DNA of 64,000 nucleotides from Candidatus Woesebacteria bacterium (GTDB lineage Bacteria > Patescibacteriota > Microgenomatia > UBA1400 > UBA1396): positions 5,257 through 69,256 of the forward strand of contig JAJOJK010000001.1 of NCBI GenBank assembly GCA_021208605.1. The letters are read 5' to 3'. The notes beneath the pieces are model-generated. The model was not told the DNA's origin, did not search any database, and saw nothing but the letters and a program-made list of their open reading frames with translations. Shown here one piece after another: positions 30,245 to 40,251 of this stretch (its first letter is position 1; each line of letters begins with the position of its first letter). Both the position numbers and the translations under genes were made by a program.

Positions 30245-32071
30245 TTAGTTTTTAAAACGCAAATACACCCGCCGCACCCCAGCGCTCACCGACTTCTGTT
30301 TAAAGATCTCAATCAAGCCAATTTCGCCAGTATGTTCCACATGTGGACCACCACAAAGTTCGCGGCTCACCCAGTTGTTCTTCTCTCCCACCGTGTACAC
30401 GCTCACGGTGTCAGGATACTTTTCCTTAAAAAATGCTAAAGCTCCAGAAGCAAGTGCCTCGTCTTTAGGGAGCACTTCTTTGTAAACAGGCCAGTCTTTT
30501 TCGATTTGTTCGTTGATCCATGCTTCGACTTGTTGCAGCTGATCCTCAGTCAATGCAGAGTCGTGAGAAAAGTCAAAGCGCAAGCGCTCAGCAGTGATGT
30601 TCGAGCCTTCCTGATGCACATGATCGCCTAAGACGTGACGCAAAGCCGCATGAAGCAAGTGCGTAGCAGTGTGGTAGCGAGTGGCGGCTTCAGAATGGTC
30701 CGCCAGTCCTCCCTTGAAAGTCTGACCAGACTGCTCTCGGGACAAATTTTGGTGACGAGCGAACTCATCCTCAAAGCGAGCGGGGTTTACTTTTTCGCCG
30801 CGTTCTTCGGCAATTTCTTGCGTCATCTCGATTGGGAAGCCGTAGGTTTGGTAGAGGTCGAAAGCAATTTGACCATCTAAAGAGTCGTACTTCTCGATTT
30901 CGCGGAGGCCTTTACGGAGCGCTTTACTGAACTTCTCTACTTCATCGACAATGGTGGATACAATTGACTCGCGATTCGCGTCGAGTTCAGGATACTGCAG
31001 TACGTAGGCTGGGTTACTGCACTGTTCGTTAACCAAACGAGCCATGATCGCGCTGTATTGCGTGTCATCTAAGCCGAGCTTAAAGAGTTCGCGCACTGCC
31101 CGGCGGATGAGGCGGCGCAGCACGTAGCCGCGTTCCTTATTACTGGGAGTGACCCCATCTTGCACCATAAAGATGCCAGCACGAACGTGGTCGGCGATAA
31201 TGCGCATGCTGCGAGTGTGGCTTTGGTAGGTGTGGTCAGAAATTTCTTCCAAAATGCGAATCACCGGCATAAATAACTCGGTTTGGTAGGCATCTGGTTC
31301 CGGCAGTTCCCCTTGAATCCAGTTAAAGATAGCGAGCATGCGTTCTAGGCCGAGACCAGTGTCGACATTATTTTTCTTCAGCGGCTCGTAGGATGCGTCT
31401 GCTGTTTTGTTGAACTGCATGAAGACATTGTTCCAAACTTCGACGAAGTCGCTGACGTCGTTAGCTGGTTCATCATTGAAATCGTCGGCAAAAGGATCGC
31501 CGTTGCCGGTGTAGTAGAAAATCTCAGTATCGGGGCCACAGGGGCCTGTTATGCCGGCTGGTCCCCACCAGTTTTCTGACTTGGGATAGTAATAGATGCG
31601 TTTTTCTGGATTGGAAACCCCTGCTTGGGTAAGAACCTCAAGCCAAATAGTGGCGGATTCCTCATCGCGTGGCGCGTCAGCGTCGCCTTCAAAAACGGTG
31701 ACAAAGAGCTTTTCTTTGTCGAGGCCCATGTACTCAGCGGCAGTCAGAAATTCCCAGCTCCAAGTAATAGCTTCTTTTTTAAAGTAATCACCAAGAGACC
31801 AGTTCCCGAGCATTTCAAAGAAAGTGAGATGCGTGCGATCGCCGACTTCGTCGATATCAACCGTTCGGATACATTTTTGTACATCAACTAAGCGAGTACC
31901 CTCCGGATGTGGCTGACCGAGTAGATATGGCACCAAAGGATGCATGCCAGCAGTAATAAATAAGGTAGTAGGATCATTATCAGGAACCAAAGAAGCAGAA
32001 GGAATGACGGCGTGTTCGCGCAGTTCAAAAAAACTCAGGAATTTGTGGCGAAGTTCTTGTGCTGTAATCAT
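30245..32071 (-). CDS. alaS: Alanine--tRNA ligase, short form lacking the C-terminal C-Ala/DHHA1 domain
   Basis: Class II aaRS catalytic core and editing domain motifs (HTATHLLH..., CGGPHV); ends after the editing domain. Confidence 0.85.
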   Translation of the reverse strand: MITAQELRHKFLSFFELREHAVIPSASLVPDNDPTTLFITAGMHPLVPYLLGQPHPEGTRLVDVQKCIRTVDIDEVGDRTHLTFFEMLGNWSLGDYFKKEAITWSWEFLTAAEYMGLDKEKLFVTVFEGDADAPRDEESATIWLEVLTQAGVSNPEKRIYYYPKSENWWGPAGITGPCGPDTEIFYYTGNGDPFADDFNDEPANDVSDFVEVWNNVFMQFNKTADASYEPLKKNNVDTGLGLERMLAIFNWIQGELPEPDAYQTELFMPVIRILEEISDHTYQSHTRSMRIIADHVRAGIFMVQDGVTPSNKERGYVLRRLIRRAVRELFKLGLDDTQYSAIMARLVNEQCSNPAYVLQYPELDANRESIVSTIVDEVEKFSKALRKGLREIEKYDSLDGQIAFDLYQTYGFPIEMTQEIAEERGEKVNPARFEDEFARHQNLSREQSGQTFKGGLADHSEAATRYHTATHLLHAALRHVLGDHVHQEGSNITAERLRFDFSHDSALTEDQLQQVEAWINEQIEKDWPVYKEVLPKDEALASGALAFFKEKYPDTVSVYTVGEKNNWVSRELCGGPHVEHTGEIGLIEIFKQKSVSAGVRRVYLRFKN

Positions 32072-32268
32072 GCGTGGATTGTAGCATACGACAGGGTTTG
32101 CGACAGGTATCATGCTGAGTCGGAAACAGCAGATTCATTCGGTATATTTTCGGAATTTGGGTATAATTCCTACTTGCATTCAGTTATCAAAATATTGATA
32201 CTGGAATGAGGCGGAAACGCTCAAAAAACACAAGAAAACAAAGCAAGTCGAACAAAAGCAAGGGAAAT

Positions 32269-35200
32269 ATGGAAACAAGTGAAAGAACTACAGAGCAAAT
32301 TGTAGCTGAACTTAGAGATTTAATGAAAAACACCGGCGTTAACGTCGATAATATTACAAGTCGACTCGCAGAATTACCTCCAATAGTTCATGAGCAATTA
32401 CAGACTCAACTTGAGAACAAAGCGCATCAAGCCATTGAAGCTGATCAAGAGTTATCGCAAGCAGAACAGTCTGTGCTTCAGTGGTTGCAAGAGAATTCAC
32501 AAGCTGCTAGTCCTGATCTTATTCCTGAGGAAACTACTGATCCACAATTTATCGGCAAACCGCTTCCTGCTGTTGAGAGTGAGTGGCTTACGCAAGAAGA
32601 AATTGGCTTGACCGAAGAAACGCCGGCAGAAACTGTGTCTGCTCAAGACGAAGAACAGTCAGCTAAAAAGAACATTTTCCAGCGTCTTTATGATGGTTTT
32701 ATGAAATTTGGAAAGCTTCAGATAAATAGACTTCCGAATGCTGTCGATTCGTTGCTGAAAGGCTGGAGACAGCGAACTGAGAAAAGACGGGCTGAGCGAG
32801 CTCAGCGAGTGCAGCAACAACCAGAAGGTAGGCGCAATCCATTCAGTTTGGTTGAGAACGAAAACTCTTTAGAGGAAAGGTTAGCCAAGAAGGTCCAAGC
32901 TATCGTTGAAAAACTTAACAAAGCCGCTGCTGGGTTAGACTCTGAGGATGAAGAATCGAGATATCTAGATTTAGTGCAAAAGGTAACTCAAGATCATGCA
33001 GCAGTCGTGGCAAAACGATCCGAGTATAAAGCTGAAACTGATCCAGAAAAGAAAAAACAGTTGTCGGATGAAGTGTACCAATTAGAAAAAGATCTTGAAC
33101 AAACAATCGAACTCACTGAGAGTAGATTGCAAGAGTTACAGGGTCCAGGATTTGTACAAAGAGGTCGTGAGCGGATTTCGCAATTTGTTGGCTCGCTGGA
33201 AACACAATTTACGGCCGCAGGCCGGCGCGAAGCGAAAGTTGCTAGAAAAGAAAAGCAACTGGAAACTACGAATAAACGTTCCGAAAAGCATGCTGGTCAA
33301 GCTGAAGCGCTGCTTGCAGAGTACACATCTCTCACTGACACTGTTCGCGAAAGACAGACTTCTATTGCGAGAATCAAAGCTCGTTTGGAAGCTAACATTC
33401 CTGCAGATGAACGGGCAGTGCGGGAATCGCAGTTGAAGCAACTAGAGGCCGAGGTATCGCCACTTGAAAAACGCCTCAAGGAGATGAAGAAGAAATATCA
33501 CGAAGCTTTAGAGAAGCAGCGAGTGGCCGATGTGCAAGCTAACATCCTGCAGATAGATGTGCAAATTGCGAGATTGAAGCAAGTACTCGACCAAGTTCGA
33601 TTTGGTAAATTTGATGAGACCGCTATAGAAGTGAGTAGAATCCAGCAAAAAATTGCTGCACTAGAAGCACGCCGTGCAGAGCTTTTGAAGAAAGAACCGG
33701 ATAATGCTACGGAAACGGAGCGTTCAAGTCTCCTAAATTCAGTAGGAAGAGCGTTTGCTGAAAACGGTGTTCTTCGTAATGTTTGGGAGATTACTGGAGG
33801 GAAAATTAAGTCTCGTGAACAGGCGCTTTGGCTTTTAGCCATGATCATTGCTGGTTTGGCCGGTGGCGCACCTGCGTTGATGGCAGCAAGTACAGGCGCT
33901 TTAGTGCGGGGAATTCAACGAGCTGGTTTGCTCGATCTTGATGTGAGTTCTCAAGAAATCTATGCCAAGTTTGCCGGTATGTCACCGGAAGAGATTTATG
34001 CAGAAATTTCTGAGGGTCTGTCTGAGGATGCCGAAGAGACAAGCAATGAAACACCAGAAGGTGCTCGCCGCAACTATCTGAAGAGCTTGTTACGTATTCC
34101 TGGTGGGGTGTTTGGCATAATTGGAAATGCCTTAAATACTGCCGACCGTAAAATCCTCGGAGTCATCAATAATGGTGCCGAAACTCGAGGCGTACAGTAT
34201 GCCAGAGAGATTGCTGAAGCACTCCAACAGTCAAGTGACTACGATGGTGCACTCGCAAAATATGTTGACCAGAGTATTGGCCGAGAAGAGCTGGATCGCC
34301 TCATAAAGGAAGTACGACGGGCTGAGAATGAGCAAGCCAAAGAAGTGGCGGTGAAAGCTCTCCGCAAAAAACTGAACCAGATGCGTCGCCTCGTGGAGGA
34401 TATTGCACAACTTCAAGCTCAAGGAGGAGTAATTGTCGGTGGCGCGGCGATGGGGTTGCGTACAGCCGAGTTATCGGTGGGTGAACGCTCTGCTCTGTCA
34501 CCACAGAACTTGTTGAACCTTCGTCGCAATTTGGAGAAGGCTGTTGATCGTATTCGTCAGTTTTTGTCTTATGATAATCAAGAAATTGATGGCATGATTG
34601 CCGATATTCTTGACGACATGCAAAGCAATGAGATAGATTACAACGCCGAGTTTCGTGTGAAGTGGTGGACCTTTACTGCCCATGCTTTGAGTAAGTTTTT
34701 ACAATCTGCCGCCGTGCATGCTGGTACTGATGTCGTGCGTGATCGCTTATTGGGACAGTTTGATATGGATATTGATGCAAAGAAACCGAGTTTGGAAGAT
34801 CAGGCTATTCGTGTCAAGTCTGATGCATTTGGTTCTAGTGGGGGTGCTGATCTTGAAGCACAAGCAAAGATGGCAGAAGGTATGGGTTATCAACGAGAGG
34901 TTGAAGGTGTTCAGTTTGTTGACAGTACGCCAGATCTCTCTGGAGGGTACTCACCAGACATAATTCAAACCGTTGATGGACAGCCAGTAATCAACTTATC
35001 GCCTGACGTGGATGGAAACAGATTCTGGATGGAAAATAATCTCGACTTGGCACAAGGAGACGAGTCTCACTTTGCCCAAAGAGCATTACAATTACTAGGA
35101 TATGAGAGTACAAATCCACTTATTAATGTTACTTCTAAAGTGATGCAAAGCATGGAGAGAACTTTAACACCGGCGGAAATGGAGACTGTAGTTGCCGCTT

Positions 35201-35325
35201 TCAACGGAGCTGATGGAATACCTGCTTCGGTAGCTGAAGCAGCACTTGAAATTGGCCGAGGAAGTGATCTTGCAAACTACGCAGAAAACATGGCTATCCT
35301 GACTGAGTATGTTGAAAGTCAGTAG
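32269..35325 (+). CDS. Giant hypothetical coiled-coil protein (about 1018 aa) with a central hydrophobic hairpin
   Basis: Start placed at METSERT after a purine-rich leader; extensive heptad-like Glu/Lys/Arg-rich sequence; hydrophobic ALWLLAMIIAGLAGGAPALMAASTGALV segment. Confidence 0.5.
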   Translation: METSERTTEQIVAELRDLMKNTGVNVDNITSRLAELPPIVHEQLQTQLENKAHQAIEADQELSQAEQSVLQWLQENSQAASPDLIPEETTDPQFIGKPLPAVESEWLTQEEIGLTEETPAETVSAQDEEQSAKKNIFQRLYDGFMKFGKLQINRLPNAVDSLLKGWRQRTEKRRAERAQRVQQQPEGRRNPFSLVENENSLEERLAKKVQAIVEKLNKAAAGLDSEDEESRYLDLVQKVTQDHAAVVAKRSEYKAETDPEKKKQLSDEVYQLEKDLEQTIELTESRLQELQGPGFVQRGRERISQFVGSLETQFTAAGRREAKVARKEKQLETTNKRSEKHAGQAEALLAEYTSLTDTVRERQTSIARIKARLEANIPADERAVRESQLKQLEAEVSPLEKRLKEMKKKYHEALEKQRVADVQANILQIDVQIARLKQVLDQVRFGKFDETAIEVSRIQQKIAALEARRAELLKKEPDNATETERSSLLNSVGRAFAENGVLRNVWEITGGKIKSREQALWLLAMIIAGLAGGAPALMAASTGALVRGIQRAGLLDLDVSSQEIYAKFAGMSPEEIYAEISEGLSEDAEETSNETPEGARRNYLKSLLRIPGGVFGIIGNALNTADRKILGVINNGAETRGVQYAREIAEALQQSSDYDGALAKYVDQSIGREELDRLIKEVRRAENEQAKEVAVKALRKKLNQMRRLVEDIAQLQAQGGVIVGGAAMGLRTAELSVGERSALSPQNLLNLRRNLEKAVDRIRQFLSYDNQEIDGMIADILDDMQSNEIDYNAEFRVKWWTFTAHALSKFLQSAAVHAGTDVVRDRLLGQFDMDIDAKKPSLEDQAIRVKSDAFGSSGGADLEAQAKMAEGMGYQREVEGVQFVDSTPDLSGGYSPDIIQTVDGQPVINLSPDVDGNRFWMENNLDLAQGDESHFAQRALQLLGYESTNPLINVTSKVMQSMERTLTPAEMETVVAAFNGADGIPASVAEAALEIGRGSDLANYAENMAILTEYVESQ

Positions 35326-35357
35326 GCAAAAAGGAACCGAAAACAAAGGAGTAAATC

Positions 35358-35819
35358 ATGAATGAACAAACTGCCCAACAATTGGCTGCAATGGATGTTT
35401 TCACGCTACTCGGTATTACTGATGCCAGTGAAGAAGATCGCGAAGCCTTTCTGAATCAGTTACAAGACGCCATTTGGGAAGAGGTTGTCGAGCAAGAGTT
35501 AGCAGATTCGTTGACCGATGACGAGATCGATACCATCGACCGCGTTATTACCGATGAGGCCCTGCAAGCTGACGAAAAGCGCAATCAGCTTTTCTCTCTT
35601 TTGGCCAACAAAGTGCCAAATCTGGAGGAAGGATTGGCTGATGCCACCAATCAGCTAAAGTATGATCTTTTAGGTGAGCGAGTGGATGGTTTGCGTGAAT
35701 TTTATGCAGCGAAGCCAGATCAGCTCCAAGTGTTGGACCAAGTTGAAGAAATGGTCAACGCCGGTAATGTGAATGAAGCTGTCGCCACGCTGAATAAGCA
35801 GCAAGCTGAAAACGCATAA
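35358..35819 (+). CDS. Hypothetical acidic protein
   Basis: AAAGGAG RBS; 153 aa, strongly acidic. Confidence 0.45.
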   Translation: MNEQTAQQLAAMDVFTLLGITDASEEDREAFLNQLQDAIWEEVVEQELADSLTDDEIDTIDRVITDEALQADEKRNQLFSLLANKVPNLEEGLADATNQLKYDLLGERVDGLREFYAAKPDQLQVLDQVEEMVNAGNVNEAVATLNKQQAENA

Positions 35820-35839
35820 ATTTCAAAAAAGGAATACTG

Positions 35840-35868
35840 AACAGGCTCTCATTTTGAGGGCCTGTTTT
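35840..35868. terminator. Intrinsic terminator (bidirectional context)
   Basis: caggctctcattttgagggcctg hairpin followed by a T-run. Confidence 0.45.
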
Positions 35869-37703
35869 TATGTAGTGAGGTTCTTATGCTGATACAACTC
35901 CCGCAACGAATACCCCCGTTTCGCGTAGTAGCCGCGCGTTCCAATGGCCGAGATAACGGCAATGCGTTCAAAGTTCGCGGCGCGGGCAATGGACTCGGCT
36001 TTTTCGAGAAGTTGTTTCCCCAAGCCTAAGTGCTGGGCTTGCGAGTGGCCGCTCTGGCCTACTTTTTCGGTGAGTCCGTAGACGTGCAGTTCGCGGATAA
36101 TGGCCGCGTCTTGGAGTTCGGCAAATGTGTTGGACGTCGTAGGCAGGGAAAGACGGCAAAAGCCTAAAATGCGGTTCTGGGCATCGACAAACTGGATAAA
36201 GTGCTCTTTGCTCACCGCTGTATCGTATTCGGTGACTTTGAGCGTAATGGGCTCGGTCGGAGTTTGACGGCGAATTTCGCGGGCGCGAATGTCTTGCATT
36301 TTGTCCGCACTCCCCTGTTTTTGTAATGCATTTTGAACCAGTTGGCGTTGGTTGGTCTTGATATGAGTATCGACTGTTTCAGTAGAAGGAATATCGCGCA
36401 CAACGCGAGTTAAACGCGCCCATTCTGGCGTATGTGTGAGACAGTACGCCAAGAGCTCGTTGAGCGTTTCTTCACTGTAGGAGTACCACTCACCGCGTTC
36501 GTGGTACTGCATGAGTTCGGCACTGGGAATCAATGCGCAGGGATAAATTTTGAGTTCATCTGGTTTGAAGTCTGGGTCGCTAAATAAAACACCGTACTCT
36601 TCTCGATCCATTTCGGGGTTTGAGCCATAGAGGTTTGGCATCCAGTGGGCGTGGATTTTGAAGCCGGCCTGGCGCAGCATGGCGACGGCTCGGCGAGTGG
36701 CGGCGACGTCATGGCCGCGCTTGTTTTTTTCTAATACTTCGTCGTTCAGTGACTGGAAACCAATTTGTGTTTTTGTCGCCCCGAGTCGGCGGATGCGCAG
36801 AACTTCTTTTTCGGAGATATTGTCAGGACGAGTTTCGATCGTTAGGCCCACGCAGCGCACAGGAGCGTTTTCATTTTCGCGGTGCAGCATTTCCAGCTCA
36901 TCCCAGGTGGCCACTTCGGGGCGGGCAATATCGGTGGACTGCATGAGTCGCTCGGGAAGCAGATAGTGTTTGGCCACCACTTGGTTATAGTTTTCTTTGG
37001 TGTTGAGTTCGCGGCCGTCGATGGCAATGTCATCCGAGTTGATAACTCGATTTTGGGCACGGTGAATTGTTTTGGCGGTTTTTTTGATCGCCTCAAGGAT
37101 TTCATCACGAATGTCACGACCGGCACCGAAGTCGTTTAGAGCGCGGAAACACTCGGCGATAAACCAGATTTGGTAGGGCTCGGGATAGTCAGACCAGGTT
37201 CCGCCGAGAATAATCAGTTCGATTTTGCTCGGATCGTGGCCCATGTTGTAGAGCGCTTGCAGGCGGTTGTAGGTTTGCAGATACGGATCAAATGAGTTGC
37301 GTTCGGCTCGTTGGGCGCCAGGTTCGGAGGCAATGTAACTTTTGGGCATGCGCACGTCATTAGGACAAAAAATACACTGACCTGGACAGGGAAATGGTTT
37401 AGTGAGGACAGCCACCGACTGAATCCCAGATTGAGATCGCATTGGTTTGAGGCGGATCTTGCGGAGTGTGGCCGGAGTTTCCGCCGGAAGTCCGTATTGA
37501 CCAGCATCGGCGCGATAGATACGAATCAGCAAGTCCTGCGTAATGGCTGGATCAAAGTTTTTTTGCAGTTGGCGTATACCACTTTTGAGAATTTCCTGGC
37601 TCTGTTGAAGCGACTCTTGTTTCAGAGCGCGCAGAAGGAGTTGGTGGATGGCGTGACGAAGTTCAGCTGGAACAGCTTGCAGGTCGTCGTATACTACAGA
37701 CAC
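35868..37703 (-). CDS. Elp3-like radical SAM + GNAT acetyltransferase (tRNA wobble-uridine modification family)
   Basis: CPGQCIFCPN (Cx3Cx2C radical SAM) followed by a C-terminal GNAT block AQHLGLGKQLLEKAE...GTRGYYAKRGY; start set at the GTG just before the divergent MTase gene. Confidence 0.7.
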   Translation of the reverse strand: MSVVYDDLQAVPAELRHAIHQLLLRALKQESLQQSQEILKSGIRQLQKNFDPAITQDLLIRIYRADAGQYGLPAETPATLRKIRLKPMRSQSGIQSVAVLTKPFPCPGQCIFCPNDVRMPKSYIASEPGAQRAERNSFDPYLQTYNRLQALYNMGHDPSKIELIILGGTWSDYPEPYQIWFIAECFRALNDFGAGRDIRDEILEAIKKTAKTIHRAQNRVINSDDIAIDGRELNTKENYNQVVAKHYLLPERLMQSTDIARPEVATWDELEMLHRENENAPVRCVGLTIETRPDNISEKEVLRIRRLGATKTQIGFQSLNDEVLEKNKRGHDVAATRRAVAMLRQAGFKIHAHWMPNLYGSNPEMDREEYGVLFSDPDFKPDELKIYPCALIPSAELMQYHERGEWYSYSEETLNELLAYCLTHTPEWARLTRVVRDIPSTETVDTHIKTNQRQLVQNALQKQGSADKMQDIRAREIRRQTPTEPITLKVTEYDTAVSKEHFIQFVDAQNRILGFCRLSLPTTSNTFAELQDAAIIRELHVYGLTEKVGQSGHSQAQHLGLGKQLLEKAESIARAANFERIAVISAIGTRGYYAKRGYSLRELYQHKNLTT

Positions 37704-37720
37704 GTAACGTATTGTACCGT

Positions 37721-38449
37721 ATGGACGAAGCCAAGATTCGAGAACACAACCAGTATAACCGTCGTTTTTACACCGATTTTGGTGCCTCTTTTGCGCGTCA
37801 GCGCGAGTATTATTGGCCCAGTTGGTATCAGTTTGCTCAGCAGTCACCAGCAGCCACTCAAGATGATCCAGTACGCGTAACCGACATTGGCTGTGGCTCT
37901 GCTCGATTTGCCCTTTTTTGGCAAACACACGTTTTAGCACCTGTAGAGTTCTATACTGGCATGGATATATCGCCCGTTTTACTGGCGGTGGCAGAAGAGC
38001 AGTTGGCTTCCAGTGAGATAGCGTATGAATTGCAAGAGATTGATATTGTAGAGCGATTGCTGCAGCATGATTTTCAGTTACCTCCCAATACGCACGTCGC
38101 GACTCTTTTTGGTGTTCTGCATCATATTCCGGGCAAAGAAACTCGCCAGCGATTACTGCAGGTGCTGATTCAGCAATTACCACCAAAGGGTGAAATATGG
38201 TTGACCATCTGGAATCCAGGCCGAGTCAGCGGAAAAAAGAATCGATCGGCTCTCGATTTAGGTAACAATGATCATTTACTGGGTTGGCAACACGAAGTAG
38301 ACGCTCAGCGTTTTGTGCACTGGATTTCTGCGGAAGAAGAAGCCTCTCTGTTGAAATCACTTTCTTCCGTAAAAGTAGTGGCCCGTTGGGAAGTAAATAC
38401 CCCTGGTGAGCGCGGAAATATTTGTCTTCTTTTACAAAAACAGGCTTAA
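37721..38449 (+). CDS. Class I SAM-dependent methyltransferase
   Basis: Motif I VTDIGCGSARF; 243 aa. Confidence 0.65.
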   Translation: MDEAKIREHNQYNRRFYTDFGASFARQREYYWPSWYQFAQQSPAATQDDPVRVTDIGCGSARFALFWQTHVLAPVEFYTGMDISPVLLAVAEEQLASSEIAYELQEIDIVERLLQHDFQLPPNTHVATLFGVLHHIPGKETRQRLLQVLIQQLPPKGEIWLTIWNPGRVSGKKNRSALDLGNNDHLLGWQHEVDAQRFVHWISAEEEASLLKSLSSVKVVARWEVNTPGERGNICLLLQKQA

Positions 38450-39360
38450 AGCCAGCGCATAAAGCGGAAGATAACGGCGGCGACAACCGCCAGAAGTGCT
38501 GTGCCCGCCATCACAATCAAGAAAGCAAATGGATGGCTTTGTAGCGGCAGGCCAATATTCATGCCGTAGGTCGAGGAAATAACGGTCGGAATCGTCATGA
38601 TAATCGTGAAGGAAGTCAAGATTTTCATGGTGTGGTTGACGTTGTTGTTGATCAAAGAAGAATACGTTTCGCCTAAGGTGGACAAAATTTGTGTGTAGAT
38701 GGAGATCATGGCTTTGGCTTGTGTGTTTTCCAAGAGCAAGTCGTTCAGGACATCTTGATCGCTTTGGTACTTTGGAATGGCGGGTTCTTGGAGCATTTTT
38801 TCCAAGATTCCCTCGTTGGAAACAATGGCAGTATTAAAGTAAATCAATTGTTTTTGCAGTTTGAGGATGTTTTGCAGTGAGTCGGTAGCGCGGTGACCTT
38901 TCATGATCGAGGCTTCGAGTTTTTCCATGCGCTGTTCGGTTTGTTCGAGCCCGCGCATAAAAGATTTCAGCGCTAAACGATAAAAGTGGAGTGTGGCGCG
39001 AGTGCGTTTACTGGTATAGAAGTCAGCTGGAGGACGCTCAAGAATAGTGCTCAAGAAACCATATTGCTCGAGTGAAATAGTAATGATGGCACTTCGGGTG
39101 AGAATGAGCGAGAACGGAAGCGCTTTACCGGCATGCGGAATTTGGAACACAATCAAGACGTGCTTTTCGCCGATTTCAATCTGGGCTTTTTCGTCTTTAT
39201 CGAGAATGTGGTGAATATCTTCGTAGGGTAAATAGAACTCGTCACAGACTTTGTGCAGCTCTCCGGGAGTTGGCTGTAGCAAGTTTACCCAAACGTCGCG
39301 TTTGGACTCTGTTTTTTTGAGTACCGGGGCACTGTTCGTACGTTTGTAGTAGGCAAGCAT
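38446..39360 (-). CDS. corA: CorA family magnesium transporter
   Basis: YGMN signature followed by two C-terminal TM helices. Confidence 0.8.
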   Translation of the reverse strand: MLAYYKRTNSAPVLKKTESKRDVWVNLLQPTPGELHKVCDEFYLPYEDIHHILDKDEKAQIEIGEKHVLIVFQIPHAGKALPFSLILTRSAIITISLEQYGFLSTILERPPADFYTSKRTRATLHFYRLALKSFMRGLEQTEQRMEKLEASIMKGHRATDSLQNILKLQKQLIYFNTAIVSNEGILEKMLQEPAIPKYQSDQDVLNDLLLENTQAKAMISIYTQILSTLGETYSSLINNNVNHTMKILTSFTIIMTIPTVISSTYGMNIGLPLQSHPFAFLIVMAGTALLAVVAAVIFRFMRWL

Positions 39361-39417
39361 AGTACCAGTGTAGTTCGTGGCGAGAAGAAGATCAATTTCT
39401 TTTTTTCTTCGGGAAAA

Positions 39418-40164
39418 TTACTGCGTGAGTACTGGCCAGTTCACAAGGTGCAAGAAAAGCAGACTTAAGCCACTAAATTGGTTGGCCAGCATGAGAACGC
39501 CAGTAATGACGATGAGAATTCCTGAAGCTAGGTGGAGCGCGCGAGCAATTTTTTGAGATTTCTGGAAGAAGGGGAAAATGCGATCAAATGCTACGGCAAC
39601 CAAAAGGAATGGAACGCCGAGGCCAAGTCCGTAGCTAATAAGTAAGAAAAAACCCTGGAGCGCAGTGGCTTGTTGCGTTGACCAGTACAGAATTACCGCG
39701 AGGACTGGTCCAATGCATGGTGTCCAGCCGAAGCCGAAAGCCAGCCCTGTCAGCCAAGCATAGAAGAGTTTCCAGTTCTGTAGAAAACTCGGCACAACGA
39801 CTTTGAACTCCCGCTGCAGAATACTTTGCTTGCCGACTCCCAAAATAAAGAGGCCCATGAGAAGAAAGAGCAATCCTCCCACACGGGTAAGCCAAATGCG
39901 ATATGGACCAAGTACGAGCGCAAATCGGTTTAAAACAAAACCTATCAAAACAAAAGTCGTGACAAATCCAAAGACAAAGGCGAATGCTACTTTGAGGAGG
40001 TGCCACCGATCCTCAACATTGGTGTGTGTGAGGCCATGGCCAGACAAAAAAGCGAGATAGGTAGGGACGAGTGGTAGTAAACAGGAGGCAAAAAAAGTCA
40101 AAAATCCGCCCAGGAAAGCGATAAAGATGTTGACTGTGGAGCCGTCGAGGAGTGTTTCGAACAT
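39418..40164 (-). CDS. ccdA: Cytochrome c-type biogenesis/thiol-disulfide transporter CcdA (DsbD family)
   Basis: Polytopic protein with conserved Cys in TM1 (FASCLLPLVP) and TM4 (WTPCIGPVL). Confidence 0.8.
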   Translation of the reverse strand: MFETLLDGSTVNIFIAFLGGFLTFFASCLLPLVPTYLAFLSGHGLTHTNVEDRWHLLKVAFAFVFGFVTTFVLIGFVLNRFALVLGPYRIWLTRVGGLLFLLMGLFILGVGKQSILQREFKVVVPSFLQNWKLFYAWLTGLAFGFGWTPCIGPVLAVILYWSTQQATALQGFFLLISYGLGLGVPFLLVAVAFDRIFPFFQKSQKIARALHLASGILIVITGVLMLANQFSGLSLLFLHLVNWPVLTQ

Positions 40165-40185
40165 AGTGTGGTTAGGTGGGTGTTA

Positions 40186-40220
40186 CGGAGAGGGCGCGGT
40201 GGGCGAATGCCCACCGCGCC
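40186..40220. repeat. GC-rich near-perfect stem-loop between the dsbA-like gene and ccdA
   Basis: gggcgcggtgggc-gaat-gcccaccgcgccc (13-bp stem) with outer gagag/ctctc arms. Confidence 0.5.
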
Positions 40221-40251
40221 CGGCTCTCTCATTCTCAGAGAATACTGACCG

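Noticed and set aside
37704-38186. N-terminal 160 codons of the 772-aa Elp3 track ORF
   Set aside because: It is antisense to a well-supported SAM methyltransferase gene and has no Elp3-like sequence. The true start is most likely the GTG at about 37703.
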